Origin: Desulfobulbaceae bacterium
GTDB lineage: Bacteria; Desulfobacterota; Desulfobulbia; Desulfobulbales; Desulfobulbaceae
Length of the DNA: 27,903 nucleotides
Reading direction: 5' to 3'
Assembly (NCBI GenBank): GCA_026990725.1
Contig: JALXCX010000056.1
Coordinates: 1-27,903, forward strand
Positions within the stretch are counted from its first letter, which is position 1. Each line of letters starts with the position of its first letter. The position numbers were made by a program, and so were the translations under genes. Positions 7,744-17,019 of the stretch are shown piece by piece. The notes under the pieces are model-generated. The model saw nothing but the letters and a program-made list of their open reading frames with translations. It did no database searches and was not told the origin of the DNA.

Positions 7744-8091
7744 ATGAAGAAAGTTGTACTTTTCGCTTTTCGCGGCGATCCCATGTGTTTTGTTCACGTC
7801 CTGCTCAATGCTCTTGATTTGGCAGATAAGGGGTTGGAGGGTGGTATTGTTATTGAGGGAGACGCTGTTAAACTTGTTCCTGAAATGGGCAAACCTGACC
7901 ATTTTCTTTATCAGCTTTATACCCAAGCCCGGGAAAAAAATCTCATAATCGGAGCGTGCAAAGCCTGTTCAACAAAATTGGGCGTTGCCGATGATGTTCA
8001 GGCAGAAGGAGTTGAGCTGATTGGCTCCATGTCGGGGCATCCGGGAGTTGCTGAGTACATAGCCCAGGGGTATACGGTTCTTACGTTTTAG
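7744..8091 (+). CDS. DsrE/DsrF-like family protein
   Basis: 115 aa. Shows LFAFRGDPMCFVHVLLNAL, IVIEGDAV and GACKACS; size and the CxxC position fit DsrE-like proteins. Confidence 0.7.
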   Translation: MKKVVLFAFRGDPMCFVHVLLNALDLADKGLEGGIVIEGDAVKLVPEMGKPDHFLYQLYTQAREKNLIIGACKACSTKLGVADDVQAEGVELIGSMSGHPGVAEYIAQGYTVLTF

Positions 8092-8211
8092 AATGAGTTC
8101 TCAGGCAGTACTGCAGATTTATAAAAAATATCGTGGTGTTCTTTGTAAAGCAGTGGATGCCATTATCGTTTTTCAGATCATTAGTTTCAATATCTCAACA
8201 GGAGGGGCGGA

Positions 8212-9432
8212 GTGAAACCAGTCGAGTTAGCAAAAAATGTGTATTGGGTCGGAGCCATAGACTGGCTGACCAGAGATTTTCATGGATATTCCACCAAGCG
8301 GGGCACAACGTATAACGCATATTTGATTGTTGATGAAAAGGTGACGCTTATTGACACGGTTAAAGCCGGTTATCGTAGCGAACTGATGCATCATATTCGT
8401 TCAATTATCGACCCTGAAAAAATTGATTATCTGGTGGTCAATCATGTAGAAATGGATCATTCCGGTTCTCTTCCAGAGGTTATAGAGGAGATCCAACCTG
8501 AAAAAGTGATCTGTTCAAAAATGGGGCACAAGGCCTTGCTCAAACATTTTCATCAGGAGGACTGGCCCTATCACATCGTGACCCCTGGTGAGGAATTAAG
8601 CCTTGGCGAAAAGACATTAAGTTTTCTGGAAACCAGGATGCTGCATTGGCCTGATTCCATGTTTACATATATTAAAGAGGATCAGATTGTTTTTTCAAGT
8701 GACGCTTTTGGCCAGCACCTGGGGACAAGTGAGCGTTTTGACGATGAAGTGAATCAGGATGTTTTGATGTTTGAATCAACAAAGTATTATGCAAACATCC
8801 TTACACTGTATTCACCTATTGTCAAAAAACTCATCGCCCAGATTGAGGAGATGCAACTGCCAATCAAGATGATTGCCCCGGATCATGGCGTGATCTGGCG
8901 TGATAATCCCGGTAAAATAATCAAGGCCTATTCCCGTTGGTGCGCTCATGAAGGAAAGGGTAATGCGCTGGTTATCTATGATACCATGTGGCATTCAACG
9001 AAAAAAATGGCAAAGGCGATCGCCGAGGGGCTCCAGGAAAAAGGGATTAGCTATAAATTACTTGATCTGCAGGTGAATCATCGGAGTGATGTTATGACCG
9101 ATGTGCTTGATGCCAGTGCGGTCATTCTTGGTTGTTCGACATTGAATAATGGTATGTTACCGCGTATGGCTGGATTTTTGATGTATATGCGTGGCCTTCG
9201 TCCTACCAACAAGATTGGCGCGGCTTTTGGTTCATACGGCTGGTCTGGCGAGGCTGTGAAGCTTATGAATAAATCCATGCTGGAGATGAAGTTTACCATG
9301 GTGCATGAGGGGTTGCGGGTGCAGTATGTACCAGAGGACGCTCATTTACGTGAATGTATTGAGCTTGGACATACGATTGCCGATGCTCTAAAGGCCACGC
9401 AATCCGGAAGGGAAGTCGATTCGGTGTTGTAA
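8212..9432 (+). CDS. fprA: Flavodiiron protein (FprA / rubredoxin:oxygen oxidoreductase)
   Basis: GTTYNAYLI, HVEMDHSG, LHWPDSM, SDAFGQH and PDHG metallo-beta-lactamase diiron motifs, plus a flavodoxin domain (YDTMWHST, GSYGWSG). GTG start with AGGAGG RBS. Confidence 0.96.
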   Translation: MKPVELAKNVYWVGAIDWLTRDFHGYSTKRGTTYNAYLIVDEKVTLIDTVKAGYRSELMHHIRSIIDPEKIDYLVVNHVEMDHSGSLPEVIEEIQPEKVICSKMGHKALLKHFHQEDWPYHIVTPGEELSLGEKTLSFLETRMLHWPDSMFTYIKEDQIVFSSDAFGQHLGTSERFDDEVNQDVLMFESTKYYANILTLYSPIVKKLIAQIEEMQLPIKMIAPDHGVIWRDNPGKIIKAYSRWCAHEGKGNALVIYDTMWHSTKKMAKAIAEGLQEKGISYKLLDLQVNHRSDVMTDVLDASAVILGCSTLNNGMLPRMAGFLMYMRGLRPTNKIGAAFGSYGWSGEAVKLMNKSMLEMKFTMVHEGLRVQYVPEDAHLRECIELGHTIADALKATQSGREVDSVL

Positions 9433-9495
9433 GTGTAAAGGAGTGCACAGAAGATAAGGTATCATTATAAGTCGAATAAATAAGCGGAGTCTTTT

Positions 9496-9819
9496 ATGAA
9501 AATATTGGTTGATAAAAACGTCGTCGAGTTTAGCTTGGAAACGCCCCAGGAAACAGCTGATATGGAAGTGTTGTGGAGAATTCTGGTGGATTGCGTTGCA
9601 GATAATAAAAGAATGGAACCTATTGGTGAGTATATACCGAGCAAAAGCAACGTGGCACGGTTCATTATAGAGGGGGTTCCGGCCAAAACCGTCTACACAG
9701 ATGATGCTGTTAGCGAGGAGTGTACAGTCGTCTGTACAGTGTGCAATAAGTATTCACATCTTAAGGCAGGAGATTCGGTTCCGGTTTGTTGCGGAAAGCC
9801 CATGGAAGATATGGATTAG
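9496..9819 (+). CDS. Hypothetical protein with a C-terminal desulforedoxin-like metal site
   Basis: 107 aa with GGAG RBS. C-terminus CTVC-x14-CCGKPM mirrors centre I of the neighbouring Dfx (CPLC-x15-CCGQPM). Confidence 0.75.
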   Translation: MKILVDKNVVEFSLETPQETADMEVLWRILVDCVADNKRMEPIGEYIPSKSNVARFIIEGVPAKTVYTDDAVSEECTVVCTVCNKYSHLKAGDSVPVCCGKPMEDMD

Positions 9820-9850
9820 TTTTTTACTTTTTTACTGTCGTGTTTTTGTA

Positions 9851-9885
9851 CGCCATTGCCGAATATCGGTGGTGGCGTTTTTTTT
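9851..9885 (+). terminator. Intrinsic terminator closing the oxidative-stress cluster
   Basis: CGCCATTGCCGA-ata-TCGGTGGTGGCG: 12-bp stem with 3 G-U pairs, followed by T8. Confidence 0.85.
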
Positions 9886-10294
9886 GGCAGGGGCACTTGC
9901 CCGTAATGTCTCTGGTTTAAGAATTGATTAATTTGAAAGGAGAAAAGTAGAATATTGGAATAAGGATCAAAGGGGTCTGGCCGGATTATGATAGAATACT
10001 TTAGAGTAGCAAAGGCATTAACAGAATCGATCAAAAGAATCATCTCAAGAGATACTTTGTGGTGGAATTTTATAAAAAAGGGTTGCTTTGCTGTTCAAGA
10101 AGGTTTTAGGTGTGTATTCAGGTTTGCGAATGATCAAATTATGACGAATTTATTAATAATGAAAATCGTTTCCAACGAGCTGATAATCTGCTAGTTTTTA
10201 GGCTGCGACTGAGTGAGGGCTCATTTTTTTTCATAAAAAAACATTTTTTCCAAATTATTTGCCTTGATGAATTTGTTGTAACTTCGTATTTTCT

Positions 10295-10315
10295 TCAAAT
10301 TATCAAATAATTTGA
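10295..10315. promoter_or_regulatory. Perfect 9-3-9 inverted repeat, candidate operator upstream of the molybdoenzyme-nuo operon
   Basis: TCAAATTAT-caa-ATAATTTGA. Confidence 0.45.
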
Positions 10316-10659
10316 TCATGAACCAAGTAAAAATAGATTACTTTTTCTTCTAAGAGTGATGTAAAGTGCTCCCACTTTTTAAAAATATGAGTTGTTTCAA
10401 GGGCTTGGGTGTTTTGTTTTTTTACATTTATATTCATCATAAAAAATAAACGAAAGGCTGTTTTTTGAAACGATAATAAATTTAATGAGTTAGGGGCGCT
10501 TGCTGTTGTCCCGGCCCGGCCTCAGTGGTTGGAGGAAGATAGACGGTTGTACTTGAAAAAAGATTGAGTAAGTTTTCTAGGAATGAAGTGGGCTGGTCAA
10601 TTATCATTTGAACCCTGCGGCGCATTTTGGCGCCCTGCAAAAAAACCAAGAGGATGAAC

Positions 10660-12744
10660 ATGAAAAAATCTGTGTATTCCATCTGCGGTATGTGTGCCGT
10701 GCGCTGCCCAGTCAGGGTAGAGGTAGAAAATGGAAAGGTTACCTGGATTGAGGGTAATGCGAATGATGGCGGTATGGGTACCTCGATTTGTGCAAAAGCT
10801 GCTTCCTCCATTCCTATGTTAGATGATGACCAACGGCCACTTAACCCGATGATAAGAGACGGGGCCCGGGGGAGCGGAAAATGGAAAAATGTCTCGTGGG
10901 ACGAGGCTTATGACTATATAGAGGAAAAACTCAAAGGTGTTGTCGATAAGTACGGCGCAAAGTCGATAATTTTTTCTGACCGTGGTGGCCCGTTTGCAGA
11001 TCTACATAAGGCGTTCATGAAGGCCTTGGGTGCACCAACTTATATGAACCATGACTGTTCCTGCGGGCGTAATCCGAATCATGCGTCAAAATCAGTGAGT
11101 GGTCTGGGAAGAACAGCTTTTAATTATGATTTTAAAAACGCCAAGCATATAGTTTTGTTTGGCCGGAATATTACAGAGTCGTTTAAGGTTAAAGAAGTTA
11201 AGAGTTTCCTCAAGGCTGTCAAAAACGGTGCCCATGTCACATATGTTGATCCCCGGGTTACCAATACAGCAGGTAAGGCAACCCGTTACTGGGCAGTTAA
11301 ACCGGGAACAGACTATGCTCTTCTCTTAGGGATTACTAATTTTATCGTGGCAAACAAATTCTACGATGAGAAATTTGTTAAGAAATGGGTAAGCGGCATG
11401 AAAGAGCTTCGAGCCTTTCTTAAACCCTACACTCCCGAATGGGCAGAAAAAGAAACAGGTATTTCTGCTGCAGAGATCAAGGCCTTTTGCAAGGAAATCA
11501 ACGAAGATCGACCAGGTGTTATTTTTCATATTGGCTGGCTCCTTGCCCGATACAAGGACTCTTTTTATGCCAGCCGTATGTTGAACATTCTTAACGCACT
11601 TATGGGGAATGTGGAACAGCCTGGCGGGCTGATCGTCCCGAAAACACCCGGTGACGCAGGGGCCAAAGGCTTGAAAAGCCTGGGGGCCAATATCCCCGCA
11701 GTGAAGGAGCCTCGGGCAGATTTATGTGACAGCGATTATTCACATTTTGATAATGGGGCCGGGATGTTGCAACTCGCCTACCAGGCAATCGATACTGGCA
11801 AGCCTTACCCTGTCAAAGCATATTTTGTTGATCGGCATAACCCGTTGCTAGCAATGCCGGATCCGGAAGAACAGAAGCGGATTCTTGATAAGCTTGATCT
11901 TTTGGTCGTGTGCGAGGTGAACTACAGTGAAACAGCCTGCTTTGCAGATGTTATTCTTCCGGAATCAACATTTCTTGAGCGTGATACGTTGTTGAGAACA
12001 GAAAAAGGGCCTAAGCCTGGGTTTGGCATGCGTAGAAAATGTATCGAACCGTTACATGATACCAAGGCCGGCTGGGAAATTTATACGGAACTTGCCCGGA
12101 GGATGGGTAAAGGAGAGTACTTCCCGTATGATACGATTGAAGATCTCTGGAATTTTCAATTACAAGATACGAATGTTAAAATTGAAGATTTTGACGCCAA
12201 GGGCTTTGTCAAACTGTGTGATAAACCAATTCCGAGTAACCCTAGTAAGTTTAAGCTTGGAACCGAGTCAGGTAAATTTGAGATCGTTAACAAGAGTTGG
12301 GAGGCAAAAGGTATCAAGTCTTTGAAGCCTTATGAGGCTCCTGTTGAGCCGCCTGAAGGAAGCTTTCGCTTACTCTTTGGTCGAAAAGGATATCAGGCGC
12401 ATGGTCAGTCAATTAACAATCCTGTTCTTTCTCAGTTGCTAGGGACAAACGACCTGTTGATCCATACCGACGCTGCCGCAAAACTCGGCATTAAAGATGG
12501 TGATATGGTTGAAGTGGCTAACGGTGATGTCAAGGGAACGATTGAGGTCAAGGTAACGGATTTTATAGACAGTAAATGTGTATTTATGCTCCATGGTTTT
12601 GGCAAAACAAACCCGCTGTTGGCAAGAGCTTACGGTAAAGGGCTGGCAGATGAGGCCTTCATGACAGGCAAGCTTCTTGATTTTGATCCGGCTGGTGGTG
12701 GAATTAACCTGTGTGAATCTTTTGTGACCGTTAAGGCTGCGTGA
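10660..12744 (+). CDS. Mo/W-bis-PGD oxidoreductase catalytic subunit, PhsA/PsrA-like, no Tat signal (cytoplasmic)
   Basis: N-terminal C-x2-C-x3-C-x27-C [4Fe-4S] motif (CGMCAVRC...CAK) begins at residue 9, leaving no room for a twin-Arg leader. Also VSWDEA, NHDCSC (Cys Mo-ligand region), VDPR, DVILPESTFLER and C-terminal FMLHGFG. Start set at ATG 10660 (GAGGA 5 nt upstream). Confidence 0.9.
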   Translation: MKKSVYSICGMCAVRCPVRVEVENGKVTWIEGNANDGGMGTSICAKAASSIPMLDDDQRPLNPMIRDGARGSGKWKNVSWDEAYDYIEEKLKGVVDKYGAKSIIFSDRGGPFADLHKAFMKALGAPTYMNHDCSCGRNPNHASKSVSGLGRTAFNYDFKNAKHIVLFGRNITESFKVKEVKSFLKAVKNGAHVTYVDPRVTNTAGKATRYWAVKPGTDYALLLGITNFIVANKFYDEKFVKKWVSGMKELRAFLKPYTPEWAEKETGISAAEIKAFCKEINEDRPGVIFHIGWLLARYKDSFYASRMLNILNALMGNVEQPGGLIVPKTPGDAGAKGLKSLGANIPAVKEPRADLCDSDYSHFDNGAGMLQLAYQAIDTGKPYPVKAYFVDRHNPLLAMPDPEEQKRILDKLDLLVVCEVNYSETACFADVILPESTFLERDTLLRTEKGPKPGFGMRRKCIEPLHDTKAGWEIYTELARRMGKGEYFPYDTIEDLWNFQLQDTNVKIEDFDAKGFVKLCDKPIPSNPSKFKLGTESGKFEIVNKSWEAKGIKSLKPYEAPVEPPEGSFRLLFGRKGYQAHGQSINNPVLSQLLGTNDLLIHTDAAAKLGIKDGDMVEVANGDVKGTIEVKVTDFIDSKCVFMLHGFGKTNPLLARAYGKGLADEAFMTGKLLDFDPAGGGINLCESFVTVKAA

Positions 12745-12760
12745 GCCGGAGGAAAAGACA

Positions 12761-13264
12761 ATGAGCAAATATTATGTAACCCAGGATGTTGAGCAGTGTA
12801 TTGGTTGTAAGGCCTGTGAAGTACATTGCAAGACAAAGAACAATAGTGGCGAGGGTGCTTTTTTCTGTAAAATGATTGAGGTCGGTCCGAAGGTTCGCAA
12901 TAATGTTCCGGTGATTGATTTTGTTTACATGGCTTGTTTTCACTGTGAAAAACCATGGTGTGTTGACGCCTGTCCTACAGGGGCCATGCAGAAGCGGGAA
13001 AAAGACGGAATTGTTTTTGTGGAAGAAAGTCTTTGTGTCGGCTGCAAGGCCTGCATGACTGCCTGTCCATGGGGAGTTCCTCAGTGGGATGTTAACACGG
13101 GTAAAGTTGATAAATGTGACCTTTGTAAAGATCGGATCGATGAAGGTCTGGAGCCCGCCTGTGTGACCAAGTGTACGACGAATTGCCTGACCTTCTGTAC
13201 GCCTGACAAGGCCTCAGATGATAAAAGACAGCAATTTGCTGAGAAATTGTTTCAAAACAGATGA
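12761..13264 (+). CDS. 4x[4Fe-4S] electron-transfer beta subunit (PsrB/DmsB/NrfC type)
   Basis: CIGCKACEVHC, CFHCEKPWCVDACP, CVGCKACMTACP, CDLC...PACVTKC. GGAGG RBS. Confidence 0.93.
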   Translation: MSKYYVTQDVEQCIGCKACEVHCKTKNNSGEGAFFCKMIEVGPKVRNNVPVIDFVYMACFHCEKPWCVDACPTGAMQKREKDGIVFVEESLCVGCKACMTACPWGVPQWDVNTGKVDKCDLCKDRIDEGLEPACVTKCTTNCLTFCTPDKASDDKRQQFAEKLFQNR

Positions 13265-13277
13265 TAGAGGATAGACC

Positions 13278-13652
13278 ATGACTGTACAGTCACTCCCTCA
13301 GGAATACCTTGCCATCTGTATATTGACAGCTTTTGGTGTCATTTTTGGCGTGGTAACCCTGTATGCAGGACGTTTCTTCAGGCTCAGCCGACCGTATAAA
13401 GAAAAGCTGATTGCTTACGAGTCTGGTAATGAGCCGACAGAATCGCCGCGGATGCGGTTTTCGATTAAGTTTTATCTGATTGCTATCCTGTTTGTTGTCT
13501 TCGATGTGGAAGCAATATATCTCTACCCCTGGGCGATTATTTATGATCGGCTGGGATTATTTGCCTTGGTCGAGATGATGATATTTATCTTCCTGCTGCT
13601 TTTTGGATTTGTTTATGCCTGGAAGAAGGAGATCCTGCAATGGGAAAAATAA
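13278..13652 (+). CDS. nuoA: NADH:quinone oxidoreductase-like subunit A
   Basis: [31 protein letters not shown]; three hydrophobic segments. Confidence 0.95.
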   Translation: MTVQSLPQEYLAICILTAFGVIFGVVTLYAGRFFRLSRPYKEKLIAYESGNEPTESPRMRFSIKFYLIAILFVVFDVEAIYLYPWAIIYDRLGLFALVEMMIFIFLLLFGFVYAWKKEILQWEK

Positions 13653-14161
13653 AAGAGGTTGAACTCGTCGAGATTGAGGACGGGGTAAAAATGATACCGG
13701 GAGCAAACGCTGTTTTGGGCCCGTTGAATAAGATAATCAACTGGGGCCGGTCTGGTTCAATTTGGCCAATGACCTTTGGTTTGGCTTGCTGCGCTATTGA
13801 AATGATGGATGCGGGAGCAGCAACCAATGACCTTGATCGGTTTGGTATTATTTTCCGGGCAAGTCCTCGTCAGGCTGATTGCATGATTGTCGCAGGCACC
13901 CTGACCAAGAAAATGGCTCCGGTGCTGCGTCGTGTTTATGATCAAATGCCCGAACCTCGATATGTTCTTGCCATGGGGAGCTGCGCATGCAGTGGTGGTG
14001 TATTCGATACTTATTCTGTCACCCAGGGTGTTGATACAATAGTTCCGGTTGATGTGTATATACCTGGCTGCCCACCGCGGCCGGAGGCATTGATTGAAGG
14101 TCTACTTAAATTACAGAAAAAAATCATGGGGGAAGATTTCAGATGGAGTCAATGGAGATAG
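13640..14161 (+). CDS. nuoB: Subunit B (cluster N2)
   Basis: [36 protein letters not shown]. Confidence 0.96.
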   Translation: MGKIKEVELVEIEDGVKMIPGANAVLGPLNKIINWGRSGSIWPMTFGLACCAIEMMDAGAATNDLDRFGIIFRASPRQADCMIVAGTLTKKMAPVLRRVYDQMPEPRYVLAMGSCACSGGVFDTYSVTQGVDTIVPVDVYIPGCPPRPEALIEGLLKLQKKIMGEDFRWSQWR

Positions 14162-14757
14162 CAAAACGTCTTCAGGCAAAGTTCCCCGATGAGGTACTTG
14201 ACGCCTATACACACCACGGACAAACAGCTGTAATCGTTTCTGGTGAGAAGATTCTCGATATTCTTGGCTGGCTGCGTAATGACGCTGAGATGAATTTTGA
14301 TCATCTCATGAGTTTATGCGCTGTTGACAACATAAAAAGGATGGAGGAAGGCTTGTTCCGTTTTGAAGTTGTTTACAACCTTTACTCAATAGCCAAGAAG
14401 CATTCCATTCGAGTTCGTGCCCAGGTTCCTGAGGCTGAACATAGTATCCACTCTGTTACCTCAATCTGGGACGGTGCCAACTGGCTGGAACGTGAGTGTT
14501 ATGACCTTATGGGGATAACCTTTATAGATCATCCTGATTTGCGGAGGGTTTTACTGCCCGATGATTGGGAAGGACATCCTCTTCGTAAGGAATACCCGTT
14601 GAAAGGGAAGGAAGAGTGGATCGGCCTCACCAGGCTCATAGAAAAGGCTGAAAGATTACGGAAGTATTCTTTTGGTTTTGAAGAGGAAGCTGAAGTCATT
14701 GACACAAATAAATCATCAGAAGCCAGCGAGCAGACTGATAAACAAGGGGACGATTAA
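14143..14757 (+). CDS. nuoC: Subunit C
   Basis: [35 protein letters not shown]. Confidence 0.95.
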   Translation: MESMEIAKRLQAKFPDEVLDAYTHHGQTAVIVSGEKILDILGWLRNDAEMNFDHLMSLCAVDNIKRMEEGLFRFEVVYNLYSIAKKHSIRVRAQVPEAEHSIHSVTSIWDGANWLERECYDLMGITFIDHPDLRRVLLPDDWEGHPLRKEYPLKGKEEWIGLTRLIEKAERLRKYSFGFEEEAEVIDTNKSSEASEQTDKQGDD

Positions 14758-14759
14758 GC

Positions 14760-15986
14760 ATGACACGCCCTATATCTAAGACAATTAATGTTCCGGTTGC
14801 TGATGGAGAAGGAGATCGCTACAGCCTGAGAATGGGGCCGCAGCATCCAGCAACCCATGGAGTACTTCGGGTCGACCTTGACCTCGACGGTGAGACGATT
14901 CTTAAATGCACACCTCATGTTGGCTATCTTCACAGGGGCTTTGAGAAACTTGCCGAGCATCGAACGTATGCCCAATCGCTTATCCTGACTGACCGGCTCG
15001 ATTATATCGCAGCCATGTCAAATAATGTAGGATATTGCGTTGCTGTAGAGAAGCTGCTTGACATAACAGTCCCTGATCGAGCGAAATATATCCGTACTAT
15101 TGTTGGCGAGATGTCTCGTCTCTGTTCACATTTGCTCTGGCTTGCAACTCATGCACTGGATATTGGTGCCATGACAGTTTTTCTCTACTGTTTCCGTGAA
15201 CGTGAGATATTACTTGATCTTTTTGAAAAACTTTGCGGGGCACGACTGACCTTTTCCTACCCGAGAATAGGGGGTGTGCGGCAGGATGTTACAGCAGATT
15301 TTATCGATGGTTTGCAGAGATTTGTTCATATCTTTCCCGATATGGTCAAAGAGTATGAGACGCTCATTGATACCAACCGTATCTGGCTGATTCGAACTGT
15401 AGGAATTGGTGTGTTAACCGGTGAAGAAGCCCTTTCACTCGGTTTAACGGGAGCCTGTTTACGTGGTTCCGGTATAGATTATGATGTTCGCAAGCATCGT
15501 CCATACGATGCGTACGATCAAGTTGATTTTGAAGTACCTGTGGGAACCGACGGGGACATTTATTCACGGTATCGTTGCCGTATAGAAGAGATGCTCCAGT
15601 CAAATTATATCCTGCAGCAATGTATAGATCAACTGCCTCCTGGGCCTATTATTAACGATGATGCTCCTGATCTCGTTATGCCAATGCAGGGAGAGCGTCA
15701 ATATGCTGCGGAAACAACATCTTATGGAACTGGTCTGATAAAATTTATAGATGACAAAGGGCGTTATCCTGTTGGTGACGTCTATGTGTCAACAGAAGTT
15801 CCCAAGGGGGAACTTGGTTTCTATTTTATCAGCGATGGCAGTGGCCATCCCTACCGTATGCATATCCGGTCACCATCATTCATTCACATAGGAGCATTAC
15901 CACGCCTGTCCGAAGGTGGAATGATCGCTGACCTGATTGCCAATATTGGAACCATGGACGTGGTTCTTGGGGAATGCGACCGGTAA
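14760..15986 (+). CDS. nuoD: Subunit D (quinone-binding, no NiFe ligands)
   Basis: MGPQHPATHGVLR, GYLHRGFEK, DRLDY, EVPKGELG, RSPSF, DVVLGECDR. No CxxC or DPCxxC hydrogenase motifs. Confidence 0.96.
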   Translation: MTRPISKTINVPVADGEGDRYSLRMGPQHPATHGVLRVDLDLDGETILKCTPHVGYLHRGFEKLAEHRTYAQSLILTDRLDYIAAMSNNVGYCVAVEKLLDITVPDRAKYIRTIVGEMSRLCSHLLWLATHALDIGAMTVFLYCFREREILLDLFEKLCGARLTFSYPRIGGVRQDVTADFIDGLQRFVHIFPDMVKEYETLIDTNRIWLIRTVGIGVLTGEEALSLGLTGACLRGSGIDYDVRKHRPYDAYDQVDFEVPVGTDGDIYSRYRCRIEEMLQSNYILQQCIDQLPPGPIINDDAPDLVMPMQGERQYAAETTSYGTGLIKFIDDKGRYPVGDVYVSTEVPKGELGFYFISDGSGHPYRMHIRSPSFIHIGALPRLSEGGMIADLIANIGTMDVVLGECDR

Positions 15987-16032
15987 CAGAAAAATCATGG
16001 CTAATTTAGAAATCAGCTAAAGGTAATCACTT

Positions 16033-17001
16033 ATGCATGTTCTGATTGTACTCATTGAAATACTTGTTCTGTTTGCCGTTGTCATGTTGCATGTGGCATA
16101 TGCGACCTACTTCGAGCGAAAAATAATTGGGCATATGCAGGTACGACTCGGCCCGATGCAAGTGGGCTGGCATGGCCTTTTGCAACCAATTGCTGATGGT
16201 ATTAAGAGTTTTTTTAAAGAGGATGTCATCCCCGACTGTGCGGATGTTTTAGCCTTCCGGGCCGCTCCTATTATCTGTTTAACATCTATGTTGACAGCGC
16301 TTGCGGTTGTTCCTTTTGCCAAGGGTTGGGTTCTTGCTGATATCAATATAGGCTTGCTCTTTATTTTCGCAATGAGCTCGCTTTCAAGCTACGGTGTTCT
16401 CCTGGCAGGCTGGGCTTCAAATTCCAAGTACACCTTTTTAGGTGGTTTGAGATCAATGGCTCAAGTCGTGAGTTATGAGATCTCAATGGGGTTGAGTCTA
16501 GTCGGTGTTATGATGTTGTCCGGCACGTTGAATTTAACAAAGATTGTTGAGGCACAGGGTACAAGTCTTGGAGGAATTTATCTATTTCCTCAAATAATCG
16601 CTTTCTTTGTTTTTTGTATAGCCATGCTCGCTGAGACAAATCGCGTTCCTTTTGATCTTCCCGAAGCTGAGACCGAGCTGGTTTCCGGGTATATTACAGA
16701 ATACAGCGGTATGCGATATGCCATGTTTTTCATGGCTGAGTACATTGGCATGATGATAATGTCAGCTATTGGTGTCATTTGTTTTCTTGGTGGCTGGAAT
16801 GGTCCGTTTGAGGTCTCTTTCTTTCCTCCATTTTGGCTTGTATTAAAAATTTATGTATTCATGTTTTTCTTTATTTGGATACGTGCGACCCTGCCAAGGT
16901 ATCGTTATGATCAGCTTATGGATATAGGCTGGAAATTACTCATTCCGCTGGCATTGGGAAATATTGTACTTACCGCTCTTTTTAAAGCGCTGGTCGGTTA
17001 A
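16033..17001 (+). CDS. nuoH: Subunit H
   Basis: ERKIIGHMQVRLGP, QPIADGIK, AETNRVPFDLPEAETELVSG, PRYRYDQLM. Confidence 0.96.
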   Translation: MHVLIVLIEILVLFAVVMLHVAYATYFERKIIGHMQVRLGPMQVGWHGLLQPIADGIKSFFKEDVIPDCADVLAFRAAPIICLTSMLTALAVVPFAKGWVLADINIGLLFIFAMSSLSSYGVLLAGWASNSKYTFLGGLRSMAQVVSYEISMGLSLVGVMMLSGTLNLTKIVEAQGTSLGGIYLFPQIIAFFVFCIAMLAETNRVPFDLPEAETELVSGYITEYSGMRYAMFFMAEYIGMMIMSAIGVICFLGGWNGPFEVSFFPPFWLVLKIYVFMFFFIWIRATLPRYRYDQLMDIGWKLLIPLALGNIVLTALFKALVG

Positions 17002-17019
17002 GGGAGGCTTCAGTTTTAC

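Noticed and set aside
8105-8114. Perfect 10-bp palindrome GCAGTACTGC between the dsrE-like gene and fprA
   Set aside because: Single short occurrence with no supporting context; compatible with chance.
9886-9900. sigma54-like TGGCA...TTGC
   Set aside because: GG-to-GC spacing is 11 nt instead of the required 10, and it overlaps the terminator tail.
9988-10194. 68-aa ORF in the long intergenic region
   Set aside because: No RBS, no recognisable motif, AT-rich; probably spurious.
10480-10650. Moco/tungsten riboswitch upstream of the molybdoenzyme
   Set aside because: Only a short GGCGC/GCGCC stem is visible; the conserved motif elements could not be identified by eye. Needs an Infernal scan.
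10627-10659. N-terminal extension MAPCKKTKRMN as a Tat signal for the Mo enzyme
   Set aside because: No twin-Arg motif or hydrophobic region; it depends on a TTG start without an RBS. The RBS supports 10660.
9820-10659. Co-transcription of the ROS cluster with the Mo-nuo operon
   Set aside because: A strong terminator at 9851-9885 and an 840-bp gap argue for separate units.
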